Below are positions 15,541 to 25,919 of a stretch of DNA of 64,000 nucleotides, one piece after another. Made by a program: the position numbers and the translations under genes. Below the pieces are notes generated by a model. It saw only the letters and a program-made list of their open reading frames with translations. It was not told the origin of the DNA and did no database searches. This DNA is from the human T2T-CHM13v2.0 reference genome, Homo sapiens, in assembly GCF_009914755.1 (NCBI RefSeq), contig NC_060929.1; one strand, given 5' to 3'. The number at the start of each line of letters is the position of its first letter. The stretch's first letter is position 1.

Positions 15541-17069
15541 GCTACGGATATTTAGAAGATGGAGAGAAGTTATCACCTGAAGAAAATGTGCAGGGTAAGT
15601 TGAGAGACATTGCAAAGAGAAGGAAACAAAAGACTACAAATTCTAAGTAGTTTACATTGTGAAACAGGCATGTCAAATTTACCTTTTTTCCACAGTTCAC
15701 GCATACTTTGGAGATACTGTAGGTTTGGTTTCAGACTGTCACAATAAGTAAGTCATACAACTTTTTAGATTTTCGAGTGCATATAAAACTATGTTTATAC
15801 TATATTGTTGTCTATGAAGCATGTGGTAGAATTATATCTTTAAAAAGTATGTATCTTAATTTAAAAACAATTAATTGCTTAAAAAATACTATTATCTTAG
15901 CCTTTAGCACCTTGCCATATTTTTGCTGTTGCAGGGTCTTACCTCGATGTTGATTCCTGGCAAATGATCAGTGTGTTTGTTGCTGAAGGCCGTGGTGGCT
16001 TTGGCAATTTTTTACCATCAGACAGTGAAGTTGCTGCACCACTGACAATTCCTTTTACAAGAGGTTGCCCTGTAGTACTTAGTGCTGGTTGATAGTATTT
16101 TACCCACAGTAGAACTTCTTTTAAAGTTGGAATCAATCCTCTCAAACCCTGCTATTGCTCTATTATAGTCTATGTAACATTATAAATCTTTTGCTGTCAT
16201 TTCAACAATATTCACAGCATCTTCATCAGAAGTAGATTCCATCTCAAGAAGCCTTTACTCATCCAGCAGAAGCAACTCCTCATCCATTCAAATATTATGA
16301 TAAGATTGCTGCAATTCAGTCACATCTTCAGGCTTCACTTTTAATTTTAGTTCTCTTGCTATTTCCACCACATCTGCAGTTACTTCATCCACTGAGGTGT
16401 TGAACCCTTCAAAGTCATCCATGAGGATTCAAATAAATTTCTTCCAAATTCCTGTTAATATTGATATGTTAGCCTATTCCTATGAACCTTGAATGTTCTT
16501 AATAAATGTAGAATGGTGAATTATTTCCAAGAGATTTTTAATTTACTTTGCCAATATTTATTGGATAAATTCCTGTCTATGGTAGTCATAGCCTTATGAA
16601 ATATATTTCTTAATAATAAGACTTGAAAGTCAAAATTACTCCTTGATCCTTGGGCTGCAAAATGGATATTGTGTGAGCAGGCATAAAAATAGCATTAATC
16701 TCATTGCACATGTCCATCAGAGCTTCTGGAAAAATAGGCGCATTGTCAATGAGCAGTAATATTTTGAAAGAAATATTTTTCTGTACAACAGGTCTCAAAA
16801 GTGGGCTTAAAATATTCAGTAAACCATGCTGTAAACAGATGGGTTGCCATCTAAGCTTTGTTCCTCCATTTATGGAGCACAAGAAGAGTAGACTTAGCAT
16901 CATTCTGAAAGGCTCTATGATTTTCAGAATGTTCAGAATGATAAATGAGTGTTGGCTTTAGTCACCAACTGTAATTGCCCCTAATAAGAGAGTCAGCTTG
17001 TTGTTTAAAACTCTCTTTCTTCTTGAATCTAAAATGCTGACTTTTTTCTGGATGTAACACTCCTGGCAG

Positions 17070-17253
17070 CCAAATATGTCTAGTTATAAAGAGAAGATTT
17101 TGGGGCCAGTTCTTGTGGGTCTGGAGACAGAAACATTGGATAAAGTCATCAAGATCATAAATAACAACCCATATGGAAATGCAACCGACATCCTCACCAC
17201 CAATAGAGCTACAACTTGGAAACATTCCCACTCGTGTGGTGGAAGTCAGAGAA
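17070..17253 (+). pseudogene. ALDH6A1: ALDH6A1 (MMSDH) exon-like remnant inside the BBOF1 retrocopy 3' UTR
   Basis: PNMSSYKEKILGPVLVGLETETLDKVIKIINNNPYGNATDILTTNRAT vs recalled ALDH6A1 [48 protein letters not shown]; preceded by CAG, followed by GTTTGT. Confidence 0.88.
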
Positions 17254-17528
17254 GTTTGTGGACAAACTTTCAGAAGATTCTTAAAGCCATTCACCATCTC
17301 TTCAGTGGAGATAGTAAACAATGATCAGCACTGCATTTTATTTAAAGATTGTCCCTCTAATCTTTCACAATGCTCCATTTCTGACTCAGTAATGAAAGAT
17401 CAGGGGTGGAAAATTGGGTAGAAGGTGGGTATTTAAAAAAGGTCTCTGATGCTATTGTAGTTCCACATGATGTGCTTCTGTCTTTGAGTCCTTTGCTTAA
17501 TATTTGACGTGGATTTATTCTGCTGTAA

Positions 17529-17627
17529 GCGAAAATGAATGCCACTAATCCAGTGCCTTTGCAAATGTTCCCTTTTGCCAGCTTCTGATCTTCCCTCATG
17601 GGAGACACTAATTTCTGTGGCAAACAG
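17529..17627 (+). pseudogene. ALDH6A1: Next ALDH6A1 exon-like remnant (99 bp)
   Basis: MNATNPVPLQMFPFASF*SSLMGDTNFCGKQ vs [31 protein letters not shown]; ends CAG|GTAACT donor. Confidence 0.85.
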
Positions 17628-19887
17628 GTAACTTCTGAGTTAACTTTCTTTCCTTTAAGATACTTTCTTGAACATAATCTGTAGTAAGACTTCTACAAGG
17701 AAATGCCTGCCCACAGCTTCTGTGCAGTTACATGCTGTTCATCTGTGGTTCTCAGAAGGTCCCTGTGTCAGACACTTGTAATTTTTTCTTTCCAAAATAT
17801 TGGGAAACATCATTTCACGAAAAGAGTCTGATAGTGGAATTTGCCAGGTGATGAAAGTTGGATCTTGAAGCTTACTTTCATTCCTCAATTTTTTTTTTTT
17901 CTCCACCGTCAGAGACAACACAGCCTGGAACTAGAGGTCTAGAAATCTGACTAAATTTCCTAGAAACAAAACTGTTTATTTTTGCAAAGAGAAATTTCAT
18001 TACTTTCTCATTCTGCTCCCAGATCAAATCTCCAATATTCATATTTCCTTCAATACTTGTCTATTTCTGTCTCTGTAAGAGCCCGTTTCACTATTGATGC
18101 TGTGCTCTCTGTCATCAATTGTTCTGATTTGGGGATATTCCATTCTTCCTGTAAGTGCTGATCTCATTTGTAATTGAAAGCCCCTTGTGCTTTCAATTTA
18201 AATGCTTCCTGATAAATAGGATCTGTTATTTCACTTGGTGTAGGGCATTTAAAAAAGAACTGTCCAATGCTGTTCTCTCACCTAGCATGTTCTTGGCCAG
18301 CTTCTTCACTCAATTCATTTTTCTTTTGTTCACCTGACTTTGCTACTGCTTGTCAGTTTATACGTAACCTGATTGGTTCTCTATCATTGCTGTTGCTACA
18401 GTTTTAACACTTCAGTCTCAAACTCTGGTCCTATAACTTAGAGCAGTCTCCAACCTTACTACCTTCTTCTGAAGTGTTTGGATTTGTGTTTTCTACTGGG
18501 TAAGCTGCATAATCTTTTCCTTAACCAAGAGCTCATTAATCTCCTTTTGATGTAAAAGGATTTGATTCTATTGCAACTTCTGGGAGCGTTTTTGTAGAGC
18601 ATAAACTTCTTTCAGGTGGTATGCAAGAGCATTCTGGAGATAACTACTCTCTTTAAACACATTTTTTCCATCATTGTTCAATTGCACGACAACTTCATGA
18701 TGGGATCTCATCGCCAGCATTGTCTTTTTTCAGCCTTTTGTTCTAGTCGATGATTTTCTTCAAAAACCATGCCTTCCCAGGTCCTAACAGTCTCCTTATG
18801 TTTCTATTAATTGTTCTTTAAATTCTTCTTTAGAACATCTTATTCTTTCTTGTTTATTGTTTTCAGCTCTGTCTGAATAAGGCTAATTCCTTCGGATTTT
18901 TTAATGGAACTATTCCTCCAGCTTATTTATTTGCACAGTGTACTTTTGTTTCAGTTTTCCTTTCTCCTCCTGGGATTTTTCCTTTATTTCAGTCAGTTGC
19001 TTTTTCAGATTTTCAGTTTTTTCTGGTCCTTGCCTCTGCTCTTGCTTTTCCTTTTCCTTTTGTCCTTTCCCTTTGACAGCTATCTTGGCGTCTCCAGTGG
19101 CCTCACTGTTGTCCTTGACCAGCCACTGACACTCAGGCTGGCTTTTTCTCTAAGAAAAGCTGCATTTAAAGTGAGTAAATGTTCCCTCTGGGTCATTCCC
19201 ATGCATAAAGAGTGCCTCTGCACCTGACATGGCTGGGGCACAGGAGTAAGGTAGATCACACCAGTGCAATGTATGTGCAGTGAGTATGCAAGTGGTACAG
19301 GTGCCTGAGCCTGCCCAGTATAGGTCACACTGGGTGGGCAGTCCTGCTTATCCTTTGAGCTTTGAAACCAGACATTGACTTCTCCTCTCTAGCTATTTAA
19401 GTCCTAGATGGCATCGTCTTTCAATAGAAGACTATTTCATCTCCGTTGAAAATCTGTTGTTTATTGTAGCCACCTTCTTCAATGATCTCAGCTAGATCTC
19501 TGGATAACATGTTGCAGCTTCTACATCAGCACTTACTGCTTCTTCTTGCACTTTTATCTTATGAAAACACTTTTTTTCTTTAAACCTCAAGAACTAATCT
19601 CTGCTAGCTGCAAAGGTCTCCAGATTCCTCATCTCTCTCCGCCTTTCAATAATTGAAGAGAGTTCAAGCTCTGTATCAAGCTTTGGGTTAAGGGAATATT
19701 AAGGACGGTTTGATATTCTATCCACACTACTAAACCTTTCTCCATGTCAGCAATAAGGTTGTTTTGCTCTCTTAACACGTGTGTCTTCACTGAAGGAGAA
19801 CTTTCCTTCAAAAACTTTTTCTTCTCATTCAAAATTTGGTTAACTATTTGGTGCAAGAGGCCTAGTTTTCAGCCTATGTCAGCTTTC

Positions 19888-20090
19888 TTTTTTTAATAAT
19901 TGCAATTTTTATTTTAGATATGAGGGTACCTGTGCTTGTTTGTTACATGGGTATGTTATGTGATGCTGAGGTTTAGATGTCAAGTTCTTGAATGCATGGA
20001 TCATGATGTTTTTAATCTTTGTCAACCCAGTGTTCATCATAGTGCATGATATATGATAGGTATTCAATAAATCTTGGTTAAATTAATGGG
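19888..20090 (-). other. Putative 3' transduced segment: L1PA15-17-like 3' tip (19895-19978, -) plus L2 3' fragment (19981-20088, +)
   Basis: TTTTATTTTAGATATGAGGGTACCTGTGCTTGTTTGTTACATGGGTATGTTATGTGATGCTGAGG, then L2-like AAGTTCTTGAATGCATGGATCATG...CCCAGTG...ATAGGTATTCAATAAATCTTGGTTAAATTAATG; lies between the TSD and the L1PB 3' end. Confidence 0.7.
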
Positions 20091-23000
20091 ATTTTATTTT
20101 ATTTTATTATTATTTCAACAGTTTTGAGGGAACAGGCAGAGTTTGGTTACATGGATAAGTTCTTTAGGTGTGATTTCTGAGATTTCAGTGCATCTATTAC
20201 CCAAGCAGTGTACACTGCACCGAATGCATAGTCTTTTATCCCTCACCACACTCCCAACCTTACCCCCAAGTTCTCAAAGTCCATATATCCTTCTTATGCC
20301 TTTGCATCCAAATATCTTAGCTCCCACTTCCAAGTGAGAACAAATAATGTTTGGTTCTCAATTGCTGAGTTACTTTACTTAGAAAAATGGTCTCCAACTC
20401 CATCCAGGTTGCACGAATGCCATTATTTTATTTCTTTTTTTGGTTGAGTAGTATTTTATGGCATTTATATATCACAAATTCTTTATCCACTCATTGGTTG
20501 ATGGACATTTAGGTTGGTTCCATATTTTTGCAATTGTGAATTGTGCTGCTATAAACCTGTGTGTGCAAGTGTCTTTTTTATATACTGACATCTTTTCCTC
20601 TAGGTAGATATTCACTAGTGGGATTGCTGGATCAACTGGTAGTTCTACTTTTAATTCTTTAAGGAATCTCCACACTCTTTTCCATAGCAGTTGTACAAGT
20701 CTACATTTCCACCAACAGTGTAAGAATGTTTCCATTTCACCACATCCATGCCAACATCTATTACTCTTCGATTTTTAAATTATAGCCATTCTTGCAGGAG
20801 TAAGGTGGTATCACATTGTGGTTTTGATTTTCACTTTTCTTGATAATGATGTTGAACATTTTTTCATGTTTGTTCACCATTTGTATATCTTCTTTTGAGA
20901 ATTGTTATTCATGTCTTTAACCCACTTTTTGATGAGATTTTTTTTTCTGATTTGTTTGAGTTCCTTGTAAATTCTGGATATTAATCTATGTATTAATGCA
21001 AATACATAATTTGCAAATATTTTATCTCACTCTGTGGGTTGTCTGTTTACTCTGCTGATTATTTCTTTTGCTGTGCATCAGCTTTTCAGTTTAATTAAGT
21101 CCCAACTATTTATCTTTGTGTTTGTTAAATTTGCTTTTGGATTCTTGGTCATAACCTCTTTGCCTAAGCCAATGTCTAGCAGAGTTTTTCAGATGTTATC
21201 TTCTATCTTCTATAAGGTGAAAGATGAGGATCCAGTTTCATTATTCTATGTGTGACTTACCAATTATCCCAGCACCATTTGTTGAATAGGGTGTCTTTTC
21301 TGCACTTTATATTATTGTTTTCTTTGTTGAAGATCAGTTGGCTGTAAGTATTTGGCTTTATTTCTGCGCTCTCTATCTGGTTCCATTGATCTACCTGCTT
21401 ATTTTTATACCAATACCATGCTGTTTTGGTAACTATAGACTTGTAGTGTAGTTCGAAGTTGGGTAATGTGATGCCTTCATATTTGTTTTTTTTGCTTAGT
21501 CTTGCTTTGGCTATCTGGGGTCTTTTTTGGTTCCATATAAATTGTAAGATTGTTTATTTCTAGTTCTGTGAAAAATGATAATGGTATTTTGATGGGAGTT
21601 GAATTTATAGATTGCTTTGGCAGTATGGTCATTTTCACAGTATTGATTCTACCCATCCATGAGCATGAGAAGTGTTTCCTTTTGTTTGTGTCATCTATGA
21701 TTACTTTCAGCAACGTTTTATAGCTTTCCTTGTAGATCTTTCACCTCTTGAGTTAGATATATTCCTGAATATTTTATGGTTTTTTTTGCAGGTGTTATAA
21801 AAGGGTTTGAGTTCTTGATTTGATTCTCAGCTTTGTCACTCCTAGTGTATAGCAGTGCTACCAATTTGTGTACATTGATTTTATATCCTAAAGCTTAACT
21901 GAATGCATTTATCAGATCTAGAAGCTTTTTGGATGAGCTTTTAGGGTTCTCTAAGTATAGGATCATATCATTGATGAACAGCCACAGTTTGACTTCCTCT
22001 TTACTGATTTGGATGCCCTTCATTTTTTTTCCCTTTTCTGATTGCTCTGGCTAGGGCATCCAGCACTGTGTTAAATAGAAATGGTGAAAATGGGCATCCT
22101 GTCTTCTTCCAGTTCTCAGGGAAAATGGTTTCAACTTTTCCTTATTCAATATAATGTTGGTTGTTTGTTTGTCATAGATGGCTTTTATTACCTTAAAGCA
22201 TGCCCTTTCTATGATGATTTTGCTGAGGATTTTAATCATAAAGGGATGCTGAATTTCATCAAATTTTTTTTCTGCATCTACTGAGATGATCATATAATTT
22301 TTGTTTTTACCTTTGTTCCTGTGGTATATCACATTTATTGACTTGTGTATGTTAAACCAACCCTGCATTCCTGGTATGAAACCCACCTGATCATGGTGTA
22401 TTATCTTTTTGATATGCTGTTGGATTTGGTTAGCTATTTTTCTGAGGATTTACATCAAAGATATTGGTTTGTAATATTCGTTTTTTGTTATGTCCTTTCC
22501 TAGTTTTGATATTAGGGTGATACTGACTTCATAGAATGATTTAGGGAGGTTCCCCTCTTTCTCTATCTTTTGGAATAGTTTCAGTAGGATGGTACAAATT
22601 TTTCATTGAATGTCTTATAGAATTTAGCTGTGAATCTACCTGGTCCTGGATTTTTATTTGTTGACAATTTATTTTATTACTGTTTCAATCTTCCTACTTT
22701 TTATTTGGTCTATACAGAGTTTCTGTTTCTTCCTGATTTAATCTAGGAGGATTGCGCATTTCTAGGAATTTATCCATCTCCTCTAGCTTTTCTACTTTTG
22801 TGTGTAAAAGTGTTCATAGTAGCCTTGAATGGTCTTTTGCATTTCTATTGGTTGTAATATCTCCAATTTTGTTTCTAATTGAGTGTATTTGGATTTTTGT
22901 CTTCTTTTCTTGGTTAATTTCATTAATGATCTGTTGATTTTGTTTATGTTTTCAAAGAACCAGCTTTTCATATCATCTATCATTTGATTTTTGTTGTTGT

Positions 23001-25272
23001 TGTTTCAATTTTATTTCATCCTACTCTGATCTTTGTTATTTATTTTCTTCTGCTGGCTTTTGATTTGGTTTGTTCTTGTTTCTCTAGTTCTTTGAGATGT
23101 GAACTTAGGTTGGCTATTTGTGCTCCTTCAGACCTTTTGATGTAGGCATTTATTGATGTGAGATTTTCTCTAACACTGCTTTTGCTGTGTTCCAGAGGTT
23201 TTGAAAAATTGCACCACTATTATCATTAACTTCAAATAATTTTAAAATTTCCATTATGATTTCATCATTCACCCAAAGATCACTCAGGAGGATATTATTT
23301 ATTTTCTATATATTTGTATAGTTTTGAGGGTTCCTTTTGGAATTAATTTTCAATTTTATTCCATTGCCGTCTGAGAGAGTACTTGATATGATTTCAATTT
23401 TCTTAAATTTATTGAGACTTTTCTTGTGGCCTATCACATGATCTATCTTGGAGAATGTTCCATGTGCTGATTAAAAGAATGCATACTCTGCAATAGTTGG
23501 ATAGAATATTCTGTAAATATCTGTTAAGTCCATTTATTCTAGGATATAGTTTAAGTACATTGTTACTTTGCTGACTTTCTGTCTTGATGACCTGTCTAAT
23601 ACTGTCAGCAGAGTATTGAAGTCCCCCACTATTTTTGTGTTGCTGTCTGCCTTATTTCTTAGCTCTAGTAGTAATTATTTTATAAATTTAAGAGCTCCAG
23701 TATTAGGCACATAGATACTTAGGATTGTGATGTTTTTCTGTTGGCCTGGTCCTTGTATCATTATATAATGTTCCTTTTGTCTTTTTAAACTGTTGTTGGT
23801 TTAACATCTGCTTTGTCTGGTGTAAGAATAGCTACTCCTGCTTGCTTTTGGTATCCATTTGCATGGAATATCTTTTTTCACCCCTTTACCTTAAGTTTAT
23901 GTGAGTCCTTCTGTGTTAGGTGAGTCTCCTGAAGATAGCAGATACTTGATTGGTGAATTTTTATCCATTCTGCCATTCTGTATCTTTTAAGTGGAGCATT
24001 TAAGCCATTTACATTCAATATTAGTGTGGGGATATGAGGTACTGTTCTATTCATCATGCTAGTTGTTGCCTGAATACCTTGATATTTTTTTCATTGTGTT
24101 ACTGTTTTTTTATAGGTCCTGTGAGATTTACGTTTTAACAGGGTTTCATTTTGGAGTATTTTGAGGTTTTGCTTCAAGAGTTAGAACTCCTTTTAGCATT
24201 ACTGGTAGTGCTGGTTTGGTAGTGGTGAATTCTCTCATCATTTCTTTGTCTGAAAAAAATTTTATCTCTCAATGTATAAAGCTTAGTTTCACTGGATACA
24301 AAATTCTTGTCTGATGATTATTTTGTTTAAGGAGGCTAAAGATAGGACTCAAATCCCTTCTGGCTTGCAAGGTTTCTGCTGAGAAATCTGCTTTTAATAT
24401 GGTAGGTTTTTCTTTATAGGTTACCTGGTGCTATTTTTTTCCTCACAGCTCTTAAGATTCCTTCCTTTATCTTGACTTTAGATAACCTGATGACTACGTG
24501 CCATGGTGATGATGTTTTAACAATGAATTTCGTAGTAACTCTTTGAGCTTCTTGTATTTCAATGTCTAGATCTCTAGCAAGACCAGAGAAGTTTTTCTCA
24601 ATTATTTCCTCAAATAAGTTTTCCAGACTTTTAGAATTCTCTTATTCCTTGGGAACATCTATTATTTTTATGTTTGCTTGTTTAATATAATCCCAAATTT
24701 ACTGGAGGCTTTGTTCATGTAATTTTTTTTCTTTTTCTTTGTTGGATTGGGTTAATTTGAAAGACTTGTCTTCAAGCCCTGAAGTTCTTTCTTCTACTTG
24801 TTCTATTCTATTGAAACTTTCCAGTGTATTTTGCATTTCTCTAAGTATGTCTCTCTTTTACAGAAGTTGTGTCTGTCTTTTCTTTATAATATCTATTTTT
24901 CTGGAGAGTTTTGCATCCAAATCCTGTATTGTTTTTAAAATTTCTTAAGTTGTTTTTCACCTTTTTCTGGTGCCTCCTTGAGTAGCTTAATAATCAACCT
25001 TCCAAATTCTTTATCTGACAATTTAGAGATTTCTTCTTGGTTTTAATCTATTACTGGAGAGCTGGTGTGATCTTTTGGGAGTCCTTGTTTTGTCATTTTA
25101 CCAGAATTACTTTTCTGGTTCCTTCTAATTTGGGTAGACTGTTTCAGGGGAAAGATCTGGAACTCAAGGACTGGTGTTCAGATTCTTTTGTCACACAGGG
25201 TGATCCCTTGATATGGTGCTCTCCCCCTTCCCTTAGTGATGGGGCTTCCTGAGAGCCAGACACCAGTAATTG

Positions 25273-25919
25273 TGTATTAGTCTATTTTCACACTGCTGAT
25301 AAAGACAAACCCAAGACTGGGCAATTTACAAAAGAATGAGATTTAATTGGACTCATAGCTCCAAGTGGCTGGAGAGGCCTTACAATCATGGCAGAAGGCA
25401 AGGAGGAGCAAGTCACATGTTACCTGGATGGTGGCAGGCAAAGATACAGCTTGTGCAGAGAAACTCCCATTTTTTGTTTTGTTTTTTATACTTTTAAGTT
25501 TTAGGGTACATGTGCACATTGTGCAGGTTAGTTACATATGTATACATGTGCCATGCTGGTGTGCTGCACCCACTAACTTGTCATCTAGCATTAGGTATAT
25601 CTCCCGATGCTATCCCTCCCCCCTCCCACCACCCCACAACAGTCCCCAGAGTGTGATATTCCCCTTCCTGTGTCCATGTGATCTCATTGTTCAGTTCCCA
25701 CCTATGAGTGAGAATATGCGGTGTTTGGTTTTTTGTCCTTGCGATAGTTTACTGAGAATAAGCTCTCCTGAGACTCATTCACTATCACAAGAACAATGCA
25801 GGAAAGACCCACACCCATAATTCAATCACCTCCCACTGGGTTCCTCCCACAACTTGTGGGAATTCTGGGAGTTACAATTCAAGATGAGATTTGCATAGGG
25901 ACACAGCCAAACCATATCA
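25273..25919 (-). mobile_element. THE1 (THE1B-like) MaLR solo LTR, interrupted by an L1 fragment
   Basis: TGTATTAGTCTATTTTCACACTGCTGATAAAGAC ... GGACACAGCCAAACCATATCA; 5-bp TSD AATTG/GATTG. Confidence 0.93.
25470..25759 (-). mobile_element. Young L1 3' fragment (L1PA2-like)
   Basis: GTCATCTAGCATTAGG, GTGTGATATTCCCC, CATGTGATCTCATTG and GAGAATATGCGG match L1PA2/L1HS; AAG rather than the Ta-type ACA at the diagnostic site. Confidence 0.88.

Larger units (their letters stand above)
17007..19345 (-). pseudogene. BBOF1: Processed pseudogene of BBOF1 (CCDC176/C14orf45); decayed CDS ~19083 to stop at 17752-17754, with 5' and 3' UTR
   Basis: - strand translations: SKGKDKRKRKSKSRGKD (cf. MPSKGKDKKKGKSKGKD), ENLKKQLTEIKEKSQEEKGKL, TGRMEYPQIRTIDDREHSINS, IEGNMNIGDLIWEQNEKV, ESKLQDPTFITWQIPLSDS...GTF*; intronless, many stops and frameshifts; degenerate TSD GCTTGTTGTTT (16996-17006) / GCTTATCCTTT (19346-19356). 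Confidence 0.9.

Noticed and set aside
17076-17324. 82-aa ALDH-like ORF as a functional gene or ordinary ALDH6A1 processed pseudogene
   Set aside because: It covers one exon, frameshifts and runs into intron-like sequence. The retained intron and the position in the BBOF1 3' UTR fit antisense capture better.
18904-19227. Hydrophobic Leu/Phe-rich ORF resembling a membrane protein
   Set aside because: It is the antisense reading of the Lys/Glu-rich BBOF1 coiled-coil sequence.
20472-24948. L1 ORF1/ORF2 fragments as an active element
   Set aside because: Broken by many stops and frameshifts.
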